Positions 25,553-39,204 of a DNA stretch of 64,000 nucleotides are shown one piece after another. Each line of letters begins with the position of its first letter. The stretch's first letter is position 1. Source of the stretch: Harriotta raleighana. Taxonomy: Eukaryota. The translations under genes were made by a program, and so were the position numbers. The stretch is taken from contig JBNZDD010013610.1 in NCBI GenBank assembly GCA_050575255.1, forward strand, positions 2,092,366 through 2,156,365. Reading direction: 5' to 3'. A model generated the notes under the pieces. The model saw nothing but the letters and a program-made list of their open reading frames with translations, searched no databases and was not told where the DNA came from.

Positions 25553-26160
25553 GTAAGGCTCACCATATTTTTCCTGTGTCATGTATGGTGTGATCTCGTC
25601 ACTGTGCTGTCCGGCGCCATCTGACGTCCTCCTGATGTCAAAGGCACTATACAAGTGTAATTGTGCTATTATTGTTATTGTCCTGTGATGCTCTATGATA
25701 TTTTCTTGGTCCTGTATGACTATCTTGTTGATGGTCATTAGATCATATGATAAGAGCATGTTTCCAAAATATTCCTTAATATCCAATGGTACCCACAGAT
25801 TTGAAAGATTGCACACATGTCTACTGTAAGAGACCATCATGGGAAGCTACAATGGTGCTGATCACCTGAGGAAACAACATTTTCTTAAATGGTTCTTTTC
25901 CTAAACTACAGGTCGTCTCCCTGATGATCAACAAAGGATTTTCCTGAAAAAATATTTTATTTCTTAAACAGGAATTCATAGAGTATTTTATGAGGGAATG
26001 TATTTACACTGCAAAGTACCTCTTTTTAACATCTCAGCCACACGATTTACAAAAAAACAATCCTACCTAACGTGTTTAGAGAAATCATTATTGACAGCAC
26101 TGAGCTACACCCTTGAAAAGACCTGACATTTCAGGTCAGATGCAGGCTTTGAGTCTTGCT

Positions 26161-26209
26161 CAGCTGACGTCAGCTGCAGGCTCTATCCATCAGCACCTGC
26201 GTTGACTCA
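26161..26209. promoter_or_regulatory. Candidate intronic cis-element: CRE within a double E-box palindrome, plus AP-1 site
   Basis: CAGCTGACGTCAGCTG at 26161-26176; TGACTCA at 26203-26209. Motif evidence only. Confidence 0.35.
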
Positions 26210-26647
26210 GTGCAAATCAAAATGCTTTTCATTCCAAGATGCTGATTTTAAGCTGCCAATAAATATCACCATGTGTTATTACACCCATTGCATAAATATG
26301 GATAACATCCGGCATTCTTGATGATAGATTGTCTGATGTCAACTTTTTAAGACGTCTTACTCCCATGTATAGCCAAACTGCAAATACAAGTTATGTTTCC
26401 TTTTCCTTTTGTATAATGTGTGATGTGATAAGCAATTATATACGACACATAAAATGTCACTCTTATTCAGGCATGTATGATTGTCTGGTGGAGTAATTGG
26501 AAATTTCAACATATGCAAGCAAAACAAAGTACTCTACCCTATTTTAGACTTAGCGAAAACAACTAAGTCTTATGTTTCCAACAAGCTTTGATTATTTACA
26601 GCCATGGAAACACTGTATTTCTACTCAAAATTGATCACAACTTCAGT

Positions 26648-26805
26648 TGTCAGCCTGGCTGAGTGGGTAGAACTCTTGCCTTTGGGTCAGAAGGTTTGGA
26701 TTCAAGCTCTGCAATCAGGACTTTGAGTACATAGTCTAGGCTGACACGAGCAGTGCTCGGGAAGCGATGCCTAGATGAAGTTGCCCTTCTTTGGATGAAC
26801 AATTA
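26648..26805 (+). mobile_element. Deu-domain SINE (SacSINE1-like), 5' part
   Basis: gtcagcctggctgagtgggtagaactcttgcctttgggtcagaaggtttggattcaag...tctaggctgacac: tRNA-like head then start of the Deu domain; similar to copies at 43198 and 35535. Confidence 0.7.
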
Positions 26806-26837
26806 CAGATAAGAGAATCATCAAAACGTGATTGCCT

Positions 26838-28588
26838 ATGGAGGAAATCTTATTGTGGAGGCAGAGGACATGGCTGATGTACTGATTGAGTACTTTGCCT
26901 CTGTCTTCACAAGAGAAGAAGATGCAGCCAATGTCACAGTATTGGACGAGAGTGTAGTAGAAATGGATAAGATAAGCATAACCAGAGAGGAAATACTAAA
27001 AAGGTTGACAGCGCTCAAGGTAGATAAGTCGCCCTGTGCGGATGGGATGCATTCTAGGTTACTGAGGGAAGTACGGGAGCAAATAGCAGAGACTCTGGCC
27101 ACAATCTTTCAATCTTCCTTGGACACAGGGGTGGTACCAGAGGACTGGAGGTTGCTAATGTTACTCCGCTGTACAAATAGGGGCAGAAAGACAAACCTGG
27201 GAACTACAGGCCAGTCAGTCTAACGTCAGTAGTGGGCAAAACTTCTAGAGTCTATAAGCAGGGACAAGATAGATCTTCACTTAGAAAAATATAGGCTGAT
27301 AAAGGACAGCCAGCATGAATTTGTTAAAGGCAAATCTTGCCTTACAAATCTGATGGAATTTTTCAACGATGTAACAGAATGGGTGGACGAGGGCAGCGCA
27401 GTTGATGTAATTTACATGGACTTTCAAAAGGTATTTGACAAAGTGCCGCATGAGAGGCTTATTAGGAAAATAGAGGCCCACGGCGTTAAAGGGATAGTGG
27501 TAGCTTGAATCCACACCTGGCTGCGAGACAGAAAGCAGAGAGTTGTGGTGAGCGGCTGCTTTTCAGACTGGAGGAAATGTACAGTGGCGTCCCCCAGGGA
27601 TCAGTTTTGGGACCATTGCTCTTTTTAATATACATTAATGATTTGGATTTGGATTTAGGGAGTATGATTTCCAAATTTGCAGATGATACTAAGTTAGGGA
27701 GAATAGTGAATAGTGAGGAGGATAGTAGCCATCTGCAAGAGAATAGATAAAATGGTAAAGTGGCCAGACACATGGCAGATGTAGTTTAATACAGAGAAGT
27801 GTGAGGTGATACACTTTGGGAGAAGTAATGAGGGGAGGCAATATAGGCTAGATAGTACAATTTTAAGGGGTGTGAAGGAACAGAGAGACCTGGGGATTTG
27901 TGTTAATGACTCTCTGAAAGTGGCAGGACAGGTAGACAAAGCCGTTAAGAAGGCATATGGGATACTAGGCTTTATAAATAGGGGTAGAGAGTACAAAAGT
28001 TAGGAAGTGCTGATTAACCTCTATAAGACTTTGGTTAGGCCTCAGCTGGAGTACTGTGTACAATTCTGGTCACCACACTTTAGGAAGGATATTAAGGCAT
28101 TGGAAAGGGTGTAGAGGAGATTTACTAGGATGGTACCAGGAATGAAGGACTTCATCTACGAGGAAAGGTTAGATAGGCTATTCTCTCTAGAACGAAGAAG
28201 ATTGAGAGGAGACCTAATAGAGGTTTATAAGATTATGAGAGGTTTCGACAGGGTGAATTGGGAAAGACTGTTTCCACTGGTGGTCGAATCAGTGACTCGT
28301 GATTACAGATTTAAAATAGTTTCAAAACGAAGCAGAGGGGAGCAGAGGAGAAATTTTTTCACTCAGCAGGTTGTTCGAATCTGTAATGCATTGCCTGAAA
28401 AGGTGGTGCAGGCAGATTCCATAATAGCTTTTAAAAGGGAACTAGATCTTTATTTTAGAAGAGCAAGTCCGTTAGGTTATGGGGAGAAAGCTGGGCAGTG
28501 GGATTGAGTTGCTCTGTTCAAAAGAGCCGGCACAGACTAGATGGGCCGAATGGCCTCCTTTTGTGCCATATAATTCGATGATTCTATG
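26838..28588 (+). mobile_element. 5'-truncated CR1 LINE, RT domain to 3' end, inactivated by stops and frameshifts
   Basis: KSPCADGMHSRLLREV, NYRPVSLTSVVGKLLE, YMDFQKVFDKVPHERL, GVPQGSVLGPLLFLIYINDLD, SKFADDTKL, FSLERRRLRGDLIEVYKI; ends in the CR1-type ATTCGATG-ATTCTATG repeat. Confidence 0.95.
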
Positions 28589-28757
28589 TTTCCCAATCTT
28601 TGCTAATCCATGGAAATGTCTCAAAGTTTTACCGAGTTTATATTTTTAGGATTCTGTATTTTGTAGAGATTCCTTAGTAGCCTTGGACGACCAACCTTCA
28701 CACCTCTACATCTTCACCTGTTTTGTGAAGACTGACATAATTTTGCATGTTTTTCAG

Positions 28758-28988
28758 GTGTCCCGGTGTGAGGAAGTTCTGCGCAAACAGGAAGCGGAAA
28801 TGTCTCAGCTCAGACGGCAGCAGTTTGACTCCGACGACTGTTTAGTCGAAGCCAATCAGAAATGTAAATCTGCTGAAATGACTCTGGATCTATTTAAGCA
28901 GAAATACCAGTCTTGCATGAAGAAAATCACAGAGCTGGAATGTGCCAAGCAGATCCTGGAGGGCGAATTAATAGAAGTGAACAATCAG
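28758..28988 (+). CDS. PMFBP1: Exon 10 (231 nt, 0-0): VSRCEEVLRKQEAE...IEVNNQ
   Basis: tttttcag| acceptor, CAG|gtcagt donor; contains the LDLFKQKYQS PMFBP1-like motif. Confidence 0.92.
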
Positions 28989-30707
28989 GTCAGTCCACAA
29001 GGAGAGGACCTGCAGTTTATCTTCCTAGCATTGTAGAAAACCTTTGAGGGTGCACAATGGAATTTACTATTTCACCATGCTTTTAAGCTCTAAATGTTTT
29101 CAATTCAGGAGAAAATATGGCACAATATTTTTGATAAATTGCTGGAAGGATATCCTTAGATTTCTTCCCCACCACCCCACACTGTTCTATTTCCAGAACG
29201 TTTTTGGTCTCAACTATTTATATTCTGAAGTTGTTGCAAATTGTGAGCAGAGAAACTGTGAGGGGACTATGGGAGTACGTCTATACTTACACTACAATAT
29301 ATGCAGTAATGTACAATTCATTCTTGCAATAATTATTCTTTATTAATTCATTCCTGAAAACATACAAAGTCTTGGGAAATGCATGCAGATGCATTATGTA
29401 CAGAATAATTTATATAGTATATGGAAAAATTACTTGCCAGTACTTAATTAGATTAGGGCTCTAATCAGATTAGTATTGAAATCCCTCTCAGGTATTCGTA
29501 ATTGTTTATAATATACACTGGTTCAATTTTATGTGGAAGTGTTATTCAATTTTGCCTGTATTTGTGCCAGCAGCATCTGTCAATGCAGGTGCCAAGTGTC
29601 CTTGCACTTAACATGTTCTTGATGCATGATGACATTCACAAGAGGATTAACATTTGTGATGTCATTATACCAGGTTTATTGAAGAGTAATTTGTTGTGAT
29701 TACTTGGAATGCTATGTCCAATATACACTATGTAAACGTGCTGTGTTAGCAATACGAAATGCAGCGCATCAAAGAGATTAAAAGACATCAAAGAGGAGGA
29801 CAGAGACTGGAATATTCCGGAGCTCAATGGTCTCACTGAAGCTAAAAGTACATTTGAAATAAAAACAGAATAATTTAACAAATCCACAAATGGATCAGTA
29901 TTTTAGATTTTCTAAGGGAATCTTAATGATTAAGGACTGAATTTTAATTGTAATATCATTGAACCTCAGCTATTGCCCCTGTTTTCCCTTTTCAAGGTTT
30001 CCCAGGTTTGATTTTCTTCTCCTTTGCCCCTTTACGTTCACTGAATAGTAATACAGTTTCACACCTTTTTACTGCTATCTCATCTACTTTTGCTTTATTC
30101 CCTGAAATTTGCATGAATAGCATTGATAGCATTCTGTTAATGCTCATTGAGCTGATTTTCCTCCTTCCTAAATTTTTTTGCTTGCCTTGTCCTCCTCTGT
30201 ACCATGTATCATCCCACTATTTCAGTTATGATAAAGACGCTGAAACATTGCTGAAACATTATCTTTCATGACTCTGATTTGTTTCTGTACATTTCCAGCA
30301 TTTCTGTTCTTATTTCAAATATCCAGTAACTAATCTTGTGATTTTTAAAATTAAGGGATTTGGTTTATCCAGGAAGGAGGATTCCATTATAATTACCCTC
30401 AGTGCTTCTTATTTATTCATTAACTTATTTATTATTTGATTATATTAATTTGGTGCTGACATTGTCAGTCTAGGTAACTCCTCAGAGCCATTATCCCCCA
30501 AAGATTTCATCAGCCTTTATTGCTTAAACAAATATATTCATACAAATCAACAGAGCAACTAAAAGATGTTAGAATTGACCATAAAGAATTTCAAATGTTT
30601 TCATTTTCCAAAGAAACACAGAATTTCACGGAACACAACTTCCATCCTTTGATCTTTTGGTGTCTTAATTGCAAATTAAGTAGAACTATGTCTTAAATGC
30701 ACAGACA

Positions 30708-30860
30708 ACAAGAATAACAAAATTACACTTGTATAGTGCCTTTTGTACAGATGGAATTACAGGGGGAAAATAATATAATGCCTTTGATATAATAATGTCT
30801 TCAAAACGTCTCAAAGTACTTCACAGAATGTACAGTAAAGTGAATTTACTGTGTTTTGTG
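30708..30860 (-). mobile_element. Adjacent L2 tail (about 30708-30745) and SINE tail (about 30770-30860) fragments
   Basis: aacaaaattacacttgtatagtgcctttt and cgtctcaaagtacttcacagaatgtacagtaaagtgaattt. Confidence 0.65.
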
Positions 30861-30977
30861 GTATCATTTTGTGGATTTATTTATTTCAAATTTATTTGAA
30901 CAAAATATGCATTTTGGATATTTATCTAGACTATTCTTGTTTCTAACTTCTCATTGTTGGACATGTTATTTAATTAG

Positions 30978-31208
30978 ATCATCAGTCGTGATGAGACTGT
31001 CTGTAAAGTTCGGAGCGAGCTTCTTACATTGCAAGGCCAGTGTGAAACCAAGCGCAGTAAAGTGGAAAGTTGTGAGGACACGGTCGATCAGTTGACCAAG
31101 GAGCTGCAGGTTGCAAAAGCTGCCCTGAATGCTTCCAGAGAACATATTAAGCAATACGAGGAGGTGATTCGCTGTCTTCGGGATAAAGCATTTCTTCATC
31201 GTAGTGAG
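30978..31208 (+). CDS. PMFBP1: Exon 11 (231 nt, 0-0): IISRDETVCKVRSE...FLHRSE
   Basis: ttatttaattag| acceptor, GAG|gtaaac donor. Confidence 0.88.
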
Positions 31209-31536
31209 GTAAACATAAGATGTGTGTATTCACCTGTAGATGTAATTGCTGAGCAAGCTGGGGACAAAAACCTTCTTTCTATGACTATTTTCAGTCCGTA
31301 TGTATGGAGAAACTAATTTATACAAATCTAGAAATGATTCATTCAATTTGTGGCTGTTTGTGGAACTTTGCTGTGCAAGTTTGTCTACAAATACAGTCAC
31401 TTGACAGAACGTCCCTGTAAATCATTTTAAGACATGGCTTTTGTTGATTTTATAGAATAATCGGTGAAATGTTAGATTCTTTTACCTCTCCTGACAGGTT
31501 CTTTGAATGTGGCTAAGTCAGTGCTGCCTCACAGTA

Positions 31537-31999
31537 TAGTAAAAGCCCGTTTATGCAGTATCCAACCAACCGGAACGCTCAACCAACTAATTGGTACCTC
31601 CCATTCAAGCAACCAGATTTCATACCAGAGACATCAGACACACTCAGTGGCACATTTTGTGAGTCGGTTGTCTCATGAGAGTACATTACGAGTAGTTCTG
31701 AATGCTGCCGGAAGAGGAAAAACCGACAATGCCGCTTTAAACCACTACCGTCCGCCATTGTAGAAGTTTGCTTTGTGATTGTGTGCTGTGTTTATAGACT
31801 ATAATTGATATTTAGTGCTTTATTGGTAAGTATCCATATAATATTCTGTTATTATTTAGCCTATTACTAATATGGTATGTTTAAAAAAAGGTAATTTTTT
31901 GTGTTGGATTTTCGGCAACTTGCCTCCCGATTATCCAGCATAATCAACTAACCGGCACCGGGCAGGTCCTGAGGGTGCCAGATACCCGGGCTTTTACTG
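31537..31999. mobile_element. Non-autonomous TIR DNA transposon (MITE, pogo/Tigger-like), TA target duplication
   Basis: TA|TAGTAAAAGCCCG ... CGGGCTTTTACTG|TA; same family as 7724-8507. Confidence 0.85.
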
Positions 32000-33354
32000 T
32001 ACTTCATTTGGTCCTTCTTTGGTTCCAACCAAAGACTCATTGGACCATTAAACACCGTGCGCACCGCAAAACACTGGCTTTTATCATGTTGCTATTGAGT
32101 CATTTCCTTCCAGAATTTGTACTGAATTCACAAACATTTCATTTTTTCTATTGGGTTAATGTACTACTTTAAATGTGAATTACACAGCATGATCAGTAGA
32201 CTACTATTGGCTGCTATTGTTTCATAGATTTTCCACATTTCACACAAGATGTTTAGGAATGAATGCCAGACACGTATGCATTTTGTTTTGCAAGCACACC
32301 TTCAAAAATATCATTAAACAGGATTTATTGCCAATATTAAATGGTAAGGGGAATGTCAGACATTGTGGATGTATTCTTTTGCCCACGTGAGACATTGCAG
32401 CCCAATTTGTGCAATCTCATTATGTGTTCCAACAAACAGAAGAAAGGTTGCCAAACGCTTTTCATTAAAGATGGCATAGCAGTATGGATATTCCTCTTAC
32501 ATGAGCATGTGCTGTGGTTTTTTCTGTTTTGCCATTATGTGACCTTTGGTTCTCTATGTTTTTTGTCAGTTTTATGGATTAATCAGTGAAATGCAAGCAG
32601 ATTATTCACTGACATTAAAACATAGATTGATTAGGTAAGACAGCTGTGTAAATTTAGTGGAGCTTTAGAGATTCCGATCGCTGGGTAAAATAGAACGCTG
32701 TATTGCCCCCAACAGAAAGCAGCTGACTTGTAACTGGGGACAATTCAGATTTGTGCAGCGAGGACGTATTTAAATATGGATGAAGAAGAGTTGCAGTCAA
32801 CATGCATATTTCATGAAAGAGTGAAATCAGAAAGCTCTCACTTCATTAGAATTTTAACATTTCTCTTATATCTTTTTTAAGAGGATTATTATATTTAATT
32901 AAGTTAGATGCAAGGAAAGAGAAGCCCTTAGCTCAGCACTGTTACATTAAAGTAAATTCCTGCGGTACTGTTTTATACCATTTTCCTGAGCTAATGGGAT
33001 TCGCTTAGATTAGAAAATGTTTTTGAGGAGTCTTTACAAGGTTCACCAAAGTCCAATTTTAAGATTTGCTACTTTGAAAATGAGGAAAGGTGCTAAACAG
33101 TAATGGGTGACAGTTACAATGAATCATTTGGGATTTTCTATTCTTCTTTACTTCCCATTTATAAATTATGTTAGGAAATTATAAGTGGCATTGCGTTGAT
33201 ACATAGACTTGTTAACTGCTTTGACTTTGTATCTTGTTTATATATTTGTGGAGTTAAATTCCATCTATACTTAGTTTTATGTAGAGCTTCTACAGTTTGG
33301 CAAATAGTTCTGGGCGTTCTATATGAAGATGTGAATAGTGCAATGGGTTAGAAC

Positions 33355-33595
33355 ACTGTCCTTTGCAGGTTCCGGCCTGCTCCTGCCCTACCATCAGTGT
33401 CCGGGCTTTCAGCCTCTCCGCCCCTACACTTTGGAACTCCATCCCACAATCCCTTTTTTACCTTGTTCCCTCCCTTACCTCCTTCAAGACTGGTCTCAAG
33501 ACTCTCCTCTTTAACTGTGCCTTCAGTTGCCATTTTACTTTTCTGCCTCCCTCATCCTAACCCAACCCCCACCTCCCCACCCTTCCCACCATGTT
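33355..33595 (+). mobile_element. L2 LINE ORF2 C-terminal/3' UTR fragment
   Basis: PTISVRAFSLSAPTLWNSIP...SFKTGLKTLLF, homologous to 14700-14850. Confidence 0.85.
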
Positions 33596-35534
33596 GAAAT
33601 GCAACATAAATAGAGTAAATCTAGACACAGGTGGAATTTCTCCCAGTCAATCACTGTCGTGCTTTGTAAGAAAACAGTTCCCACCAGAACAAGTATAGGA
33701 TCAATCCCTTCAAAGATTATTGGAAAGTTATTAGTCATTTGTGAGGTTCTATATTTAAGTCAAAGTAGCAATGGTCTTACATAAGAGTTTCTATAGCTGT
33801 TTTCCAAATGGCAGAAGTTTGTAGATTGGTACTTAATGTTTTACAAAGTTCTTTGTAATTTATGATGCTCTTCATAATGAATAATCTGAAATATAACCTT
33901 GTTTTAGCTGCTACCAATATGATAATCAATATTCTGCTTTGCATTATTATACTAGGACAATTTGATGGTCTTAGGAAACCTTATTTCATGGCAATTAGAA
34001 CTGTAAACACTTTTAAGTGTTTCCTGACTAGAGCACTGTAAAGCTTTATTATGATTTCTGGGGATGTGAATTCAATTCATTTGGCAATATAGTCCCAAAG
34101 CAGACACGATGGATTGAATGGTTGCCATCTGTGTTTTTTTTATGGTTCTGTGGCATCCTGTTTGCCTTTTTACTCATTCTGAGCACAGTAACCCTATTGA
34201 AGTGAAGGGCTATCTGTGTATTTAAGCAATGCAGTTGTATTGGGTGCAAGATAAAGAATGTTTCTTTACAGAATAGTGGTAACGCAGGGTATCAATTGTA
34301 TCTGGACAAGGCAATTTTAATGCATTGGATATTAGTGGTGCAGTCAGAGTCAGGTAAGGACTAGAAGTGTACCTGCATAAGGAAAAATAGTTGCAGGTTA
34401 TGTGCAAAAGAACCAAAATATCCTATTTAACGATCCACTGCCAAAAATCCCCTTCATGGAAAACAAATACAAACATGAATTTATAAAATCAGCGAACTCA
34501 AGATTGGCTGATCCAGCAGAGGATACAGAAATCCTGAGAGATGTCAAAGCTGAAAGAGTTAAAATTATACTACCTCTTAATTTGCCTTTGGGGCTCAGAA
34601 TTAAATCTGAAAGTTACAGTAATACAACAAATCAAAGCCGGAGAATAAGTGTAGTGGACAGCTAAGTGTAAATAAAATTCTTCCTATAGTTGATGGGAGC
34701 GAGAAGCCAGTGACCCGTTAAAATTAAGCTTCGGTGGAATTGGCATTTTTTTGTGTTATATTTGATTTTATATTGATTTAGAACCATAAAGTTATTTGAC
34801 TATTCAATTTGTAAATATGTCGTCAAGGTAGTAGGCTTCCATTAGTCACATGAAGTCACTTGGATAGTAAAGCATTATTGATTTGAGTTCCTGTTAGCTG
34901 AGTGGATGCCAGGAATATTTCCTTTCAGTTATTTGTAGTATGAAAAGTGGGCGAAAGTAACTCCTGGGAATATGAAGCAAAAGTCCTTTCAGGCCTTATG
35001 TCCCACCAAACATTTCTGTTGAATCTTGTCGCGAAATTGATGTTTGTGTGCAGTTGGCGTTTCATGTGGCTGCTGTGACACTTGTTTGATTAAAGTTGAT
35101 GCCTTTCCATTTTTGCAGTATTAAGTCAACCAAAATACTGGGAATGTTGTCCCTTTGGGGGTGGTAATTTGCTGTGCTATTAAGGAGTGAGATCCAAGTT
35201 CACAGCTGTAATTCCCTTCATGGTGTTATCACTGCCAATTTTTTCTAATTGCTACATCAGCATTACAAGAATGTTTGTTACCATATTTTATGCTGTAAAT
35301 TCACAAAATTATTTCCTGCATAAGGTGACTTTCTCTTGTGACTCTCTTTATCCAATGATAATCTTTAAATTTGATAAAGAAACTTTAATGTCAGAAGAGA
35401 GTCTCAAAATGTTTCACAGTTTTCCTGTAAAGTGTATTGACTGTGTATTTTGCAGGCTAATCAATTTGCATACAGCAATGTCCCACAAATAACCAGGAAG
35501 TGAATACCCAATTTTAACAAGAGGGATTCGAGAC

Positions 35535-35748
35535 TAGGACACTGTCCTTTCTCTCTTTGAATAGCGCTATGGTGCTTTTAACATCCACTTGAACAGGCAG
35601 AAGTGTTCTTGGTTTCATATCTAACCCAAAATGCATAACCTCTGATAATGCAGAGCCCCCTCAGTGCCGAGCTAGACTCAAGTGGGGCTTCAATCCATAG
35701 CATTCTGCCTCAGAAGCAAACCTACTACCAATTGAGCCAGGCTGACAT
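35535..35748 (-). mobile_element. Deu-domain SINE
   Basis: Reverse complement begins tgtcagcctggctcaattggtagtag...tctgaggcagaa; Deu-like ttgaatagcgctatgg..ttttaacatccacttgaacaggcaga block. Confidence 0.7.
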
Positions 35749-38214
35749 CTTATCTTTGGCAAATTAGATTTTTCTCATTGAGGATTGAGTGTCTGAATTA
35801 CTTTAGTTGAGTCATGGCAATATGGTTAATTTAGCATGATCCTATAAATCCAGGAATCTTAAACCGATTGTTCCCTTTATGTTGCTGTACCTCAGGCTGG
35901 GTGATTTTGTGCATTTCAGTTTTCAATTAAATTATAATCTAAAAATCCACAATGAAATCGCCAGATTATGTCATTTACAATGTGCGGTGCCTTATTAACT
36001 AGGGTAATGTTGGTCGTAGACTTTCTCATTTGTGAAATAATCTGAAAATTGCACTGTGTCCTGTGGGCATCTTACATAAATGCACACCTTGTTTATTGCA
36101 AAGCATTAAGTGGTTTAGTTACAGGAATATAGATAAATGTATAACAAATGTATTTTACCAGAGGCTCAGTGATTTTTTTCTCTGATAATGAAATTAGTTT
36201 ACATGTTTTTGCAGTGCAAAGTTACCATTCGAAGACAGGTGTGGCATTAAAACCTTGTTAACATTATATTGGAGGTTATCTGAATGATGCATTTATAAAT
36301 TGTGTTTGCCCTGAGGGTAACACAAAAAAGATTGATTTTTTCACCCTTGCTAGGCTTTGATTTGCAGCTTTTTACTTGTATAAAACATTGTTATTTACAT
36401 TTGCTGGTAATATCTATGTTAGCCGACTGAGTTCATTTCACCAATCCAATGAGGAAGTCAGAACTAACTGAGCCAGCAAGCTGGTCCTTCTCTTCTCCCA
36501 AACACACACATACTTTAGTAGCATACAAGAGCTGAAATTATTTGCAATAAATATTTAGCAAGATCGACCAACCTTTCTCAATTGTATTTTTGTATGACAA
36601 TTATGGCATAATATTCTGATTTGAGATTTTCTCCCTTTGAACCCATTTGTATCCTCTTCTGTTCAATGGTACAGTATAATAAATTTTAGAAATATTTGCT
36701 TTTGATAATAATTTGTTAGTAAAGTAGTGCTTTGTTTTGTTTATATGTAACAATATAACAATATGGGACAAATTGGGATAAATCAACCATATATATGGAG
36801 GCAGGAAACAAGTCAATAGTTCTGATAAGATTTTGTCTATAGTGCATAATACATTCATCAATGAATTTCTTTTCATTGTTTCAAAGAAAATAATTTGTTC
36901 AATCGTAGTATGCAGTACGCACTGCCTCCGCTCTATGGGTTCTAGACTCCTCTTTGTCCCCCTGATCTTAAAATCTACTTTTTCAGTGTTTCTTTTATCC
37001 ACTTTTATGCTCTGTAATTTTACTAAATACATTTCTATTCATATTACAAATTGCTTGTTGTTGTGCCAGGAGTTTGAGAATTTACTGAATCTCTATCATA
37101 GTGAAGTTCAAATCATGATCACATATAAACGTATTTGATAGTTCTCGTGAGTTTGTAAAACTGATTTTACAATACATCAGCCTCAGTTTCTTCTTGATCT
37201 ATTTCACATTCACGGACTCAAGCCTTGCAGCTCTATATTCCTGTTATACGTACAGTATAGGATAAGATTGCATTGAGAAGTGTTTTATCGAGGTTCATCC
37301 TGTCCATTATCAGCGAGCCTCAGGGAGACAAAAGGAATAGAATACAAGGAAGGCAAAAACAATTTCCTTTGAAACTTACTTTATAATTCATAGAGATTTT
37401 TTCCTGTTCTTTTCAATCAATTCCAAAGAATAATGTCAATATCCTTTTTAATGAAGAGAATAACTTCAGGTTGTGTTTAACTATTTGCAGGTTTGTTATA
37501 AAAAAGGAAAGATTAAAATTATAAATTAATTACTTTCCTGTCCTAAAAGTGAGAGAGAATAAGAGTCATTTTAATTGTGCTGTGTCTCTGATCTCTAATT
37601 TTTCACCTCCTTTCACCTAAAAGTATTCATAATTTAAACATAAGATTATAAATTTCTCTTGAAATTATAATAAATAATATTATTAATCAACCTTAGGCAC
37701 CTTTGTGACCTTTAATTAGGCACCTTTGTAACTTTTCTCAGATTTCCAGATTGACAATCTGTCAAGAATAATGTATTACAGTACATCAATAATTTAAAAA
37801 AATACTCTTTGGATTATCACCAACTGACAAGTTTGGGAACAATCTGTTGAAGGCTAACTTGTTACCTTGGTAGTTTTTGAACCCCATTGAACAAGACATC
37901 CTTTTCTATCAACACTTTCTTGTGGGATTAAATGGGGATTGAAGGGTAAGGATCTTTGTGCTCCTGTTTATAATGCAGCTTTTTCACCTACATGATGGAG
38001 GCTAGTTTCTTCAGAAAATGCAGTGTTTACAGGAGGGCAAAGGGATACCTCAATATATTTCTATAGAAATACAGCATTGCAATTCATCTAAAAGATGGAC
38101 TTGCTTTAAAAGCTACTCACAAATAGAAATACATGTAAGATATCTGAAGATACTTCCACAGGGAAAGATAGATAGTTTCTTTCCTTCTAACCACACATAT
38201 ATCTTTCATTCCAG

Positions 38215-38337
38215 GCTACCGAACAGGAAGACACTATTGCAAAACTCCAAACAGACTTTGCTTCCTACAAAGCCATTCATAGCCACTCTGACAAAGAGTA
38301 TGAATCTCAGATTAGTCACATTGAAAGGCTTAAAAAG
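38215..38337 (+). CDS. PMFBP1: Exon 12 (123 nt, 0-0): ATEQEDTIAKLQTDFASYKAIHSHSDKEYESQISHIERLKK
   Basis: ctttcattccag| acceptor, AAG|gtgggt donor; coding frame differs from the listed ORF 38018..38374. Confidence 0.9.
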
Positions 38338-39204
38338 GTGGGTCCATGTCATTTCTTTAATACTTTTGCAATAATTCGGTGTTGTTTTGTGAGTTAATTC
38401 AAACCAAGAGGTTAGCTCTCTTTAGTGAGAGCTAAACTGCTGGGCATTATGTGGAATTGCTCTTCAGTTGAAAAAACATTAATATAGTAAAGGCAAAATC
38501 TTTCATGGCTATTAAAAATACACAAATATATCAAATACTGCTTTATAATCCTCACTTATCAAGCTTTTTGAAGAACTCTGCACTTCAATTCCTGTTTTTA
38601 ATTTATAAATATAAATTCATCTCAGAGCAGCCTTAAATTCGGAATAATTCATAAATCCACCCATTTCCAAGTCTCTCCCCCACCGCTCCCCGACACAAAC
38701 CAGAAGTAACAGAGTGACTAAAACACAATCTGCAGTGTCAGCTGTGCCAACAGTCTGTCAAGTGTGATAGTATTGGTCCTGCAGCTTGTTCCTACTGTAT
38801 TTGGTTCAGTCTTGACCATTTTACCCAGGGCTTCTGCTGCTGCAAGTGCTAATCACTCCATAACACAAAACCAATGATCAAAGAATGAGAGATGTTGAAG
38901 GTGGAACTGTCCCTAGAAGGGTGACTCTTGAATATTATATTGGACAAGACAGGCATACAAACAGCCCGAGTCCAGAGATTTTGACCTCCGGGGGACAGCT
39001 TGAATTATAAACCAAGTCATTAATTGTGGCCAAGTCACTTTTGCTCGGACAAATGTAAACAATGTACTGTACTCTTAAAATGGCATTTAGCTAGCAAATT
39101 ACTATCAACATTTTAGTATAATAGCCGTAACCAAGATACATGCTATATTAATGCCGCTCAACCCTGTTATAATGTAATCACCTGGATCCAATGCCCTATG
39201 TTCA

